Assembly (NCBI GenBank): GCA_965649765.1
Contig: OZ287751.1
Coordinates: forward strand, 96,038,001 to 96,102,000
Origin: Bispira polyomma
Taxonomy: Eukaryota
DNA: 64,000 bases
Direction: 5' to 3'
Below, in pieces: positions 27,601 through 40,900 of this stretch (within the stretch, counting starts at the first letter, position 1; every line of letters begins with the position of its first letter). The notes beneath the pieces are model-generated. The model ran no database searches and was not told the DNA's origin. It worked only from the letters and a program-made list of their open reading frames with translations. A program made the translations under genes and the position numbers.

Positions 27601-30600
27601 TGATATAAGTGGTAAAATATTAAGGTATATATTATTAAACATTAAATGGCAAAATTTTATTATATAATCAACTCTCATAAACAGGACTAAGAGCTGGTTT
27701 GGTGATTTCTTTATAGTGTCAAATAAATTAAATCTGGCTTACATGCTGCATTCATGCTACAGGCTAAATTTCTAAACTAACCCTTCAAAACCGGCCATTT
27801 CCAGGTGGTTTTTGAGCAGTTTTACTTCCTCCTGTAGACCCCACTGGTAACTGATGAACACTGGGGGAGGAGTGGCATACTCAACCTCCTCATCTTCTAC
27901 TACTTCTTCTGAAAGATCAAATAAGAAGACATTTTGGTTTTGCCAGCCACACAAAATAGTTATCTGCCACTTTAACATTTAGGTCTCAATCTTTACCAAC
28001 ATTGAATCACAAAATCTCTATAACTTTCAAAACATATCATACAGAACTTGTCACTATACCTCATATTTAAAGATGTTAATCTTTAACACCCCTTACCGGT
28101 TTGTTTCAGAGCATTTTCCACAATAACAAATGCATCCATTCTGTCCATTTCTTCTATATGTTTCAAAATGGCGTGTGTTGCTTCTCTTGTTTTGTTAGTT
28201 GCAAACCACTCATCAAACATGCTCAGGCATGGATTTGGCTGAGTTGCCCAGTTTCTGATGTCATCATTGCTGTAACCCAGTCTACTAGCCAGTAGACGCC
28301 AGTCGTGTTCGGTTTTTGGATTAAGAAGCTTTGAAACATCTCGTGACCAGATTGGGGCATGGCTTAGAGTCTAGATTGAAAGCAAGTATTGTAGTTTGGT
28401 AAATTATTTTTAATAATCAGATTACACTTGTAAAGCTCTACGAAAGGCATACAAATTTAACAAAAACTGAATCTTATTATTAGTTCAATACTTTAGGACT
28501 CATTGATAAAGACTAAAATGACTCAAACAAAGAATATTTGGTAATGAGAAAGTAGCAGATACAATGTAGATTTACTTCTTAAGAAATTACACTTAATTAT
28601 GATACATATCTTATTTTGACAAAATAAAATAACAACATAATATCCAAATTTTTTGCTTTTTCACCTTTTTGTCAATTTCTTCAACCTTTTCTATTGTCTC
28701 TTCAACTACATCTTCTAGTTCTTCCAGACGCTGGCCTTGATCATTTACCTCTCCAGACAAGGCCACTACTTCAGCTTTGGTGCAGTCCACCTCTTTCCCC
28801 AAGTTGGTCACATTTTCCTCTGTATTGGTAACTCGCTCATCCAGTTTTGTCACATCTTGTTGTACATCATCAACATCTTTGGCAACTGCTGCCAGACTAC
28901 AATACAGAATATAGACTCTGGGGACATATTATCAGAGTTAAATGTTCTATTCCACTTCAAGTTGAGACCTAACACAGTGTCTAATATTTCATAATCTCTA
29001 GTAGTTATCTATCCCACGTTTTAAATATCTGAATAAGTTTACTTTCGGTTTAATGTCAACACATCTTGACTTTGTCACATAGCGATGGTCAGTTCACTGG
29101 AGAAGGAAATCAGAGCAGGGTAGTAAGGTTTTCTTTTCTGCAGAAGCACTGGCTTTCAGCAATTCTGCTACCAATGTTCCCATATACATACCAGGGTAGA
29201 GATTCAACCTAGCTACAACTGCAGAGGTGTGTTACCACAATGCACCCTATATATTTCTCAACAACAAAGAATTATGTTATAGCCACCCTGAATGTTGGAC
29301 ATAACTAAATTGATGTGATAGATTGTGTTTAAGGAGAGTATTAGTTGAGAAATACAGGTTAATCTTTGAAGGTTACGGACTAAACCATCGGATAAAGGCA
29401 GGGTTAAATGGTCATAACTAAATTGGTGTGATATATTGTGTTCAAGGAAAGCTTTAAATTAGAAAGACAGTTCGAAGACAATACCTTCTTCCCGCAATGA
29501 CATCCAGGACTGCTGCAGCATGGTCTTTCAGCACTGTGTCATTTTTCAACTCTTCAAAAAATTCCTTATACTTGGCTAGTTCTTCCGGATATATCCCACC
29601 AATTGTCTTCATATTGTAAATCAAACCAATCATAAATGTTGAAGACTCACGGTTTCTAATGGCTTTCTTCAGGGCAGCTAGGTACTTGGTGGCTTTCTCC
29701 TGTGAATAAATTAATAAAATTACAAGAAATCGGGCAATCTCTGTAATACCTAATCAGCAATTCTACAGAAATTTACATTTAGGTCTTAATTTTACAAAAT
29801 AACCAGATGTAATAGTGGCGTAACTTTGACATCTAGAAAGGTTTCTTTAGAGTGTCTTTTGACTCTAAACCATTTTAGATAGAGAACACTTTTTATTATA
29901 AATTTTGATTGTAGTTATTTAGGTTGTTTGGGTGTAATGCTGCTCAATGTTTCAACACTTGCATCTTCTATCACAATGGACAATTTATTGGTAGAGGAAA
30001 TCAGTATTGATTAGTTGGTCAAAATTTCTGCTGCCAAATTTTCTACACGTGTGCCCAAGCCACTATCATATCTGCAGCATTTTGTCACAGTTCTGGCATT
30101 TTATTGCATTCATAGCATAAAAGTTTGGCTAGATTAAAACAATTCTCTGAGTTTTGCATCAACTGTTATATTTTCCATGTTTATCACGACCTATGGTAAT
30201 CCTGAAATATGGTTAGGCTACTTACTGCAGACTCCTCTGCCAGCTGCACCAATATACTCCCTCCCTGAGATGCCATATTTGCGACGGTCATCATGCAGTC
30301 AATGATTGTATCATCGTGAGGTAACAGCAATTTAGGACGTTTCTCAGAGAGTGGTGCAAGACTCATCACTGCGATGCCTGCAGTATGCTCCACTTTCACA
30401 GTGTCTATTATACGTTTCACACAGTTTGCTGTCATGGCCTGTATTATGTTTAAAATATAATTGCAGTAGTCAGTTAATGCTATAATCTAGTTTGTAACAT
30501 GATCAGTAAACATTTTAGAAGGACACCTGAAACTAGGGCCAATTTACAACAACACTACGAGACCCTTTTAGCAGCTAGAACTGGACAAAATCTGTTTACA

Positions 30601-33600
30601 AGCTCTATATCTTTGATACCTATATTTAGTTTGTATATAAATTCAAATTAAGGTCTCTTGAGATTCGCTGTAAATAATAATAATAATATAAGATATCAGA
30701 CTTTTTTAGCGCTTATTTTCGTTGAACAAATTATAGGGCGCAAAAAAACCACAGCCAGAGTCGAGAAACATAGGTGATAGACAGAAGAAAGTCGTCATCA
30801 ATGCATCCACGGAGAATGGGAAAGAGACTATGGAGGGAATGCATCATTGTGTACTTTGGACTTATATTTTGGAACAAGAAGTAATCTATTTTTGGGATAC
30901 AGTGAATTGCAGTAGTCCAGTCTGCTACCAACTAGAGCATTTGCTGCAGTTATTGCAACCGATTTTGGAAGGTACCTCCTGATTCTCCTAAGGTCTCTGA
31001 GACCTATGAAGCATGACTTACACATTGATTGGATATGACTGGAAAATGAAAAATCACTGTCAAACAAAACTCCCAGGTTCCTCACTTTATCAGTTGGGAA
31101 AAGCAGTGTCTCAAGAATGTTTACAGGAAAAGAATTTGACAGTTCAGCACGTTGTGTAAATATACTCGGTACACATATACTTTGTACTAAAATTTACTTA
31201 TATTCAAAATAAATCAAAAGCCTTGTACTCATAGCACATTATGACAACAAGAGTACTTACTGATGTAATATAAATTTCAATGAGTCAAACTTTTCCCAAA
31301 ATTTAATAATACATTGATTCATCAATATTTTAAACATTACTCTGAACAATGGTATATGAAAAGTATGTTTTCCAATAATATCTAAACTAACATCGCATTA
31401 AAACGAATTCATAATCTCTACCCTTGATTTGAAGGGCCAGTAAATCCCTCCTAAAAGTGTCTACATTATTTTAAGAATAGCAAATAAAATTCTAATTATT
31501 ACCAAAAAGTAAATAAAATATAGGAAAGTATGAACTTTACTGACAACAATACAGAAAATGGTCAAACTAACATCATATAGAAGTTACTGATCTTATTAGA
31601 ACTTGAAAGCTCTCAATTTCTAAACAGATTTTCAAAAATGACGCATCAATTAGTGAATATGTAAATACAACACAAATATAAAAACTGACTTTAAAATAAA
31701 AGACCAAGAGATTCCTTTCCAATACATTTAAAGATTTTTGCAAATCATGTTGACTATGCATTATTCTACAATATATTACAATACTTATTGTAATGATACA
31801 TAATTTATCCATATCGGTCCTGAAATAAGAATTTTACATAGACATCTATACACATCAATGAAAATGATATGAAGACATTTTTTGCCCATAACAACATGTT
31901 AGGGACACCCTGTAAAATACATGCAATATAAATTCTCGAGCCTCATCTTTCAGTTAGGGCAATCACTTGCTATCTTTAGTTAAGGCAATGACACCCACTG
32001 GTGGGCTGTATTAGGGAAGTCAAGAAAAAGTTCATTAGGCTAAGCACTTTTGATCAAAGGTAGGTAAATTTATATATAATATCATACAATTGACCTCTTG
32101 AGGTTTGGCCTAAAGAGATCAACTGTATTTGTACCTCAGGATGTTCCATACAGACTGTCTTGAAGAAAGAAACAGTACTTGATATAGTCCGGTTGGCTGC
32201 CCCTTCCATGTTCTCAGCTATGGCATCTAGATGGGGGTGAAACCTCTCTGGACTGTTCTTGTACATGGATTCAAAGTTTCCTGCAAAAAGGGCCATACTA
32301 TACTCAAACATGTGGCAGCTTTTCATGCATTTTAGGGTAACAAAAGAACCATGTCTGTATTCCACTCATAAACCCACACTGAAAGTCAGACTTCACTCAA
32401 CTTTAGACTATTTAGAGAAACCTAAGAATCGGCTTAGAAGTGGCTACATGACCTCTTATATTGTAATGGACAGCCCCCACTCTAAAAAGAGAGGGCACTA
32501 GAGAAAATTTCAGGGTATTTATTTTTTGTAGCCCTAAAGCCAATTTCTCTGATCTCATGCTGTTCTAAAATCACAGAGTGCTCTTCAAACATGTTCTAAA
32601 CTGTAACTGGAAGTTGCTACGTATAGTAATAACCATATCAGTTAGTGTCTCTTTCTTCAAGTACTCACTAATAAGGGAGGGTTCCTCTCCACTCAACACT
32701 CTCTGAATCAGTTTGTCCGTGGTGTCAACACTAAGTTCTGCCACCAGATTACCAGGCATCATGGTCATAAGGTTGTTAGCATCTCTCCTCAGAATTTCTT
32801 CATCACATTCCCAAAGTTCTTCACAAGCTTTAAACACAGGTTCAATGATTTCTTTGGTTTGCCTGTGCTAAAATATAAATTAAAAAAATGCAGGATGTAT
32901 ATATGTACTCAATGAAACTGAAGTGACAGTTAGTTCAGTTCAACAAGTACAGAGGTACAGTGTAAAATACCTGAAAAATGTTTCTTTAAATTTTATAATA
33001 CCAACTGTAGAAGGTACAGCATAAAGTGAGGACAGATAATGTAAACCTACAGAGATTGTGTATCACCTAATAGGATTTTAAATAACAGTACAGTAGGTTG
33101 GAAAACAGACTATATTATTTTAGTATTCATAACAATTTTGCTGGTGTATATTAAAATAATTATGAAAGATAGGTTATTCATTTCCTTAATAAAGTTAGTA
33201 ATACATGTATTAACATAGAGAAAGGTAAGAATGGGTCCTTTTCAGTTGGTATATTACCAGTTGTATTAACATACTATGTGTTTGTTATATTATTTATCAT
33301 ATGTGTTTTTCTTCAATTTCTTTCAAAAGTAAAACATTTCCATTTTAAGTACAGTCAGAAGTGTGAGGTATACCTCAAAACAATACCCCAAGTCTTAATC
33401 TTTGTTTTGGGGAAAAAAAACAAAAATTAATGGTATAGTTTTATTGGCATTCAGGAACATAATAGAACAATGCCAGAATTAAATAACAGTATTAAGGTGT
33501 TGTCTGCGAATTGTAAAGGTTTGAGAACACTTAATATGCGAGTAGATGTTTAGAACTATTTAAAAAAGCTGGTGCCACTATTGTATGTTTACACACATAA

Positions 33601-34900
33601 CTGAAAATAATGATGATATTTAGATTTACAGTAGATAGCAATCAAACATAAAAACTTCAATGAGACACATTGTAATTAAAAAAGGTTGAGATATAACAGG
33701 AAATATTCTAGAATTACAGTGAATAAAGTGACTAATTAATTCATTTTCTTGATTATTTGTTTTCTTTTAGCTACATGTTTGTAACAAAGCAGTGACTGGT
33801 AATGTTTGTTGGTGTTGAGTTTGCCTTGTTCAGGAGTTAAAGCATGTTTATGAAAACACAGCTTTGGCATTACAGGTAGAAGAATCAGATAGCTGAGGTG
33901 TTGTGGTGTGCATTCTACTGCCTGTTAAAAACATACCGTGCATAGATAATTTTCCAGGCACTCCTTCAGCCAGCGGTAGATAACTGTTCGTTCTTTTGAA
34001 TCATCTTCATCAATCCATTCCTGATCTTTGGCCCAATTAAATATCTTAGCAATGTGATCTTTGTACTTGACTGCTTGCTTTTTGTTGTTCCTAAAATCTC
34101 AAATATTTAAAAAATGTGCATTAGTGGGTGAATAAGTTATCTTGATAAACAGTTATTAAACTATAAGACAACATTAAAATGTATATTAAGAAACAGGTTG
34201 TATCAAAAGAGTGTGATTGAATGTAACATAAATTCTGATATGACAGGTTAGTATTATCAAGTTTGTTGCTGTGTATGCCATAAAGATATAACTATTCTTG
34301 AATGAAAAGTTCAAGGAGCTATTTAAATAATTTAAAAACAATAAAAAGCATATCACTAACTATTGAAAACAAATGTTTTCATCTGATTATATTTAACTTA
34401 AAAAGGTGACTGATTTGTTGCTCATTGCTCTTAAATCATGTGAAACTAGACTTTCTTGACTTGACTTGACTTTGTAAAGAGTTACTGGTGCTGAGAAAAG
34501 TTTCTATTTGGACAGAGAGGACTGGCTCAATTCACATAGTGGAATTTTAATAACTTTGTGAATGGTAGATAAGGATAAAATACAAAGACTCTAGAGTCAG
34601 TCTGTGTTAAAATGACTATATAAAGGATTATTATTATTATTTTTTTAAATTTAAAAAAACAGTTTATTCTCCCTATTAAATCATTTATCAGAGACCCTGT
34701 GCCGAGGGAAGAGGTTGCAACCCGCTCACAGGGACTTCACAAAAAACTGCACCTCACAGGGTGACATCACAGAAAAATTATGATAAACATATTTAACATA
34801 CATGTATAATCAATTGTATATATAAGCCTGACATAATACATCCACATGATTTTACCAATATATAAAAATATATTACAAAGTACATATGTGTGTATTACTG

Positions 34901-34936
<36 letters not shown>

Positions 34937-37900
34937 TAGATAGATAGATATGTAAAAAAGTGGCCAAATGTTTTTTTTGTTGATAATTCTGAAAGTTTAC
35001 ACATGCTTTATTGTGAAAATATTACATATTTTGTCTTTGTATACATTTAACAACACAATACTTTTTCTATCTTCTAAAACTAGTTTAAATACATTGGTAT
35101 AAAACAGTAAGTATTTTATGATATTTTGTTTAATATTAATTTCACTATAGTTTGTTTTTTAAATACTACATTTCATCCATTGACTGTAAATAGTGTACAT
35201 TACAATAACTATTATAATGTTACCTACTATCAGGGATTATGTGCTGTAATGCTATAAGTAATAATATTTTACCACTGGTCAGTATATACTTAGTAGTATC
35301 TATTTGTGTCTGAGTTTAGTTTCAGTTTAACAGCGTTTTCCACAGGTCTTATGTCATATCACGACAGGCAGTTGATTACTGCAGGCATCAAAGCAAGATA
35401 GATTGTCAATGCTTTTTACTGCCAACTTCCCCACATACGTGTCAGGCCAGACATTAGAACCCATGACTGCAGTGGGGGAGGCACATGTGTTACCATTACA
35501 CCATCAGAGCCCCTTTAAACATTGAAAACATTAACATCTAAACACCTTTGTAAGAGTATATAGTGTATGCTGTAGAAGGCCATTTCAATATTCGGACCTT
35601 TTCAAAACGGCAACCTGGGACCATTTCAACCTCAATGATTTTAATGTCGAAATATAATAGGAGTCATAGGTAAGCCTATACCCAAGCTTTATATCCCTGA
35701 CATAATGCAATAGTTGTACATTAATTAAATATTTGACTAATTTGTTGCTCTTTAGTCTACTTTATAAAGCCCTTATACAACAATGCATGCACAGGTCTAG
35801 TGAGTTTTAAGCTTAATTAGTTCATCATCAGCTGGGTGTCCACCCTGAATAGAGTGATATTTACAAAAAACGGCCCCCTGGTGTCGATTTCTGGACACAC
35901 AGAAGACAGACAAGCAGAAGAGTATTCGATTGTAATTGTAAAAGTAAAAATATTTACTACCAATTACTTCTAGCTTTTTGCAGCTAATGAGTTGGAATAG
36001 TAAAAAATAAGTCCAAGTTAAAGTTTAAATTGTCAAAATGGCCTATAATGCACATTAATCTTAGTGAACTACTCAGAAATTGTAAAATGTCTTTCGCAGT
36101 ATTACTCACATGCAATCTCCATATATAAAGAAAAATGCGCTGTTAATAAAACGTGAGGTTCTATCACCAGATTTCATTTCTGGCCTTTGTTTCATCACCT
36201 CAAATGACTTGTCCATGAATTCCAAAGCCCACTCTGTATTTTGCTGCAATTAACCACAGAAGAACAACAATAATATTACATGGTTAGTTTACAATAGGAA
36301 AATTGCCTGAGTGATGCATATTTTAAAATTTGGTCACGAGAAGACAAATCAATACCATCTCATATAGACTCGGCTGATAAGGTTTGTCTTCTCAAGCGAT
36401 ATAATTTTAGTGCTTCTTTTTACAAAACAGAGAGCTACGAAATGCCAGAATTAAATGGCTGCAATCTATGTTACGTTCATACTAAACTAAAATCTGTGGT
36501 ATCTATATATTTGATCAGAGCAAGTATTCCATGTTTTAATTTCCGCATTTAAAAATCCTCGACCCAAATTCTGTTTAACCCTCAGATTCAATTTGCTTTA
36601 GCAATACTCAGCCTGGGTCAGTTCTGTATCTTGTCCTAGGATAACACCCCCAAGTAGTAAACTGCATATCATCATCACTAAATACGAATGAACTATCAAA
36701 CTCTTGCAGCACTTTATTTCTATACAAGTAAAGTCTAAAGTGTCATGAAATGAGAAAGGTTTGAGTGCATCATAAACCCTTAACATTGCAAAAACTCCAA
36801 AACACAATACAAGATATACCTAAGGATAGACTTGGGGGTAGAAGAAGCTTTGTAATATTAGAAGGCTTTGAGCTTGGTTCTAATAGTACAAAAAGAATGT
36901 TGAATTATTCTACATATCACTGGAAATATTATCATCAGCATTCTGATGTGTACATGTCTAATATACAATGCATTGACATAGATTACCCCCCAAGGCAGAT
37001 ATCTTGTGACATCATAAGTAGCATCTTGCAGTGGACTCTGTGGATGTTCAAATGCAGTCACCAGCATTGTGTGTAGTTTATCTAGCATTTTCTCAAAAAG
37101 CTGATTTACCCTGTAATTGATAAATAATTGAACTAATTACATCCGCCAAGAAGGTTGGTTGGTTAAGGGCTTGTGCATGGGCCAAGGATAAGATGATCAA
37201 AACTTTGGTGGAGCGCTTAGTTCAGCCAAAGCAGTACAGGGCCAAAAGGTGACAATACATTCCTCAAGAAAAAAACTACTGAACCAAATTTATCGGAGTT
37301 TGTGGAGGGCTAGGATATGTTCCCAAAAAGAAACCATAACGTTTTATTGTAATGCATGCCTCTGCCAAGGCATAACAGCGCCAAAAAGTAAAGAAAATTT
37401 GACTCTGAGGTGACTTGGCGAAAGCACTTTAATGGTTTCTTGCTTGGATCATGTCCTAGCCCTCTACAAAGTTTGTGTTAAGTACCACATGTCAGAAGGC
37501 AATACCTGCAATTCATTGGTACACGTTGATACTGTCCATATTGTAAATATTGGTTTAATACACTTTACTTAATGGATATAATCATAAAATCCTACATCTT
37601 TCTCTTTAATCGTCCTTATAGCATACTGAATTCTTTTAAGGATGATACTGCCACTGAATTTGTTAAATTTATTTGTCAGAAATTTAAATTTTGTGACTGT
37701 TTGACCAACTTTTGTCTTGGAATGTAGAAATATTACAGTGAATGAACCAGTTGTATGTGTTGTTTTAAGGGCTTACCTAAGGATATCAACGACTTTGTTC
37801 AATAAATGATTAAAGTTTAAGTTTGCCTTTGGGACAGGTTCTTTGCCATGTTCTGTTATACTGTCAATAATCTCACCCAACAATGCTTCATGTTGCTGTA

Positions 37901-40900
37901 AAACAAGATAACATACTTCTCTACTATACCTGCACTAAACAAAGAAGTACGTAATATCAACAAAAAGAATGACACAACACAGATATTGTGACTAAAAGCT
38001 ACAAAAACTGAAAAAAATGCATAAAAATATCAAATAGACTAAAATAATTGATGAAATATGCCCAAAGTGGCTGTCTCACTATCCCAATAATAGCTCCCGA
38101 CCGTCCCAATTGTACAATCGGGAGAACAATCGTATCGATCGGGATCAATCGTAAGCTGCTAAAAAGTTATCTTAACCTTATAGCGACCTATCTTTCCGAT
38201 CGACATCGAAATCGGGAGAAAAAAAATAGCTATTTTAATTGTTCAATCCCGAAAAAACCCCGACTGTAAAGATAAGTCATTACCAAGTTCCCGATTGTAA
38301 AGATAACCCGGGAGGAGCGGCCGATAAGTCATTATGAAGTCCCGACTGTAAAGATAGGCGTCAATTGTAAGCTGTTAAAGAGTTATTTTAACCTTATAAT
38401 GACCTATCTTTTCTATGGGCATCTAAATCGGGAGTAAAATTTGCCATTTTGAAAAAGATTAATCGTCCAATCCCTCCCGATAGGTTGGGAACACCCGTCA
38501 GATTGGTCGGGAGCATTACGAGTTATCATCTACTTTTCCCGAGTTATCCTGTCAAAAGGATAGGTCTTTAGAAATGCCCAGAGTGTACCCAGCGATACCT
38601 CGGACAGTGAGGTGAAGGCCTTCAATAGGAAACCGAAGAAGGGGAAGATAAGGACATAGGTCTCTGTAAACAGCTGAAACCTTCTTCCAGTCCTCTGGGG
38701 TGGTGGGGCAGCAGAGAAATTGGCAGCGAGGTACTGGCCTATTAGGGATGAGAATGACCTATCGGGGAAGACAACGACCTATCTTTATGATCGTAACATG
38801 TTGTCCTCACTTATCTTTGTCAATCGGGAGGATTCTTTTGGGCAAAATTCCCGATCTGTCCCGATCTATTAGTCCTTGCTCCGGACCTTTCTTTACAATC
38901 GGGAACCATTATGATTATAGTTTTGGGACGTAAAATTTCCCGCCCTTTTTTCCAAAATCGTGGCAAAATGCTTAAGATTGCTCTCGACCGCATTATCAGG
39001 GTCTCCTCCCGATTGGTCGGGATAGTGTGAGAGCAGCTTAAATGAAAAGAAAGAAGTAAACTAGTATTACTAATATATGTCACAGCACTGCTATTTTTTA
39101 TATCAATGAGTCCTCATATAAAATAATCTAAAAAGAGATAATACCAAACCTGTTGAGGACACTATCTTTAAAATAGACTACATTTCTACACTTTAATTGC
39201 AAGTGAGTACTCTATTTTCAAAGAGGTTACACTTATTTACGTCATAACAGATATATATATGCACATTAAATAACTGTTGTAATTTAAATTTGGCACCCCA
39301 CAAATTAAACTCGATTTCCAAAGAGTGAAGACTGATGTGGACATTAACCTATACACACAGACTTAAAACCCTTGGTAGATATGTCATAATGTAGAATAAT
39401 TAAAAAAGACAGTTTTTTAATGCAGATAGGTTTATTAAACTTATGGTCAGAATTATACATATTTTTTGATATTTTCTGCTTTTTACAACAGAATGAATTG
39501 GGTGGAATTTAAAACGTTATGAGGAATAACAATGTTAATAGCACTAATAATACACAGTGTGTAAAAATGTTCTTGGAGGGCTTAGATAAACATTGTATAT
39601 ATTAACAGGAAGATTTACGAAGTACCAGTTCATTCTATACCGACTTGGATATGTTAAAGTTAGTATATCAGTAATTTTTTTATAAAGTCTATATTCCCAT
39701 TTGATCAAACTTCAGTATCCACTAAAGACATTGATTTAAGACTTTTATATTCTGAATGACAAAATGAGTAAAACTTTGTTAAAATTGAAAGAAAAGATAT
39801 TAAATGACACAGATTTTACTGGATATATTTGGCATATTGATAAGTTTTACCTTCCATTTATATATCTTCCTGGTATCCACTATGGCAACAGCGAAAAACA
39901 CTATGTTTGGAGTTCCATTTCTAATGCAGGTAAACAGGATGACCTTGAGTTCTTCTATGTCAGCCTCACTGAAATGAAAACACAAACATAGTGTTTTAGT
40001 CTCAGCCAGTTAGACTCTTTGAAACAATATTATCAGCCAATCAAATTGGTTTAGAGAAATAGTTATGATTTTCTTGTGAATACCATCCTTTATCTTCCAT
40101 CACAACAGCAATATAACAGTTATATATGGGTTAAATGCGGCTAATAATATAACAGATATATAGGGGTTAAATAAGGCTAATAGAGTTAGATATATAACAG
40201 ATATACATTGGTTAAATATGGCTAATAATATTACAGATATACATTAGTTAAATGAGGCTAATAATATAACAGATATACATGGGTTAATGAGGCTAATAAT
40301 ATAAGATATATATGGGTTAATGAGGCTAACAGAACCAGATCTAGAGACATGGAGCATAAAATGTGCACTTGACTTCACATTCATATTTACTTGGTTTGCC
40401 TTATATGTTTTTACCTATGTCTGTGAGTCGGTTTATTGGTTTGTCACCAAGAATACACATCTATTTATAAAACCAATTTAGATGAAATTAGGTGAACAGA
40501 TGGGTCATTGGCTAAGGAAGAATCCATTACATTGTGGAGTGGATGCAGGGAGAAGGGCCGATTCAGGATTTCTTTTTACCATGTTGGGGACTGTAGAGCC
40601 TTGGTTGAGGTATGTACTCTACTGAGTACTCTTCCAGTGTAACATGTTGGGGACTGTGGGGTTTGGTAGAGGTATGTACTCTACCGAGTGCTCTACTAGT
40701 TTAACATGTTGGGGACTGTGAGGCTTTGGTGGAGGTATGTACTCTACCGAGTGCTCCACTAGTTTAACATGTTGGGGACTGTGGGGGCATTAGTGAAGGT
40801 ATGTTTTTTACTGAGTACCTGACTAGTTTAACATGTTGGGGACTGTGAGGCCTTGGTAGAGGTATGTACTCTACCGAGTGCTCTACTAGTTTAACATGTT

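Noticed and set aside
20932-27908. Bacterial anti-phage TIR system (Thoeris-like) or contamination
   Set aside because: The TIRs are TIR_2-like, but they sit in a spliceosomal-intron gene among metazoan LINEs, SINEs and DIRS-order elements.
33470-33595. L1/Tx1-like endonuclease start (IKVLSANCKGLR)
   Set aside because: Only one short motif followed by a stop; too little to annotate.
35440-35513. tRNA gene
   Set aside because: It has A/B-box-like motifs but no complete cloverleaf, so it is treated as a SINE head.
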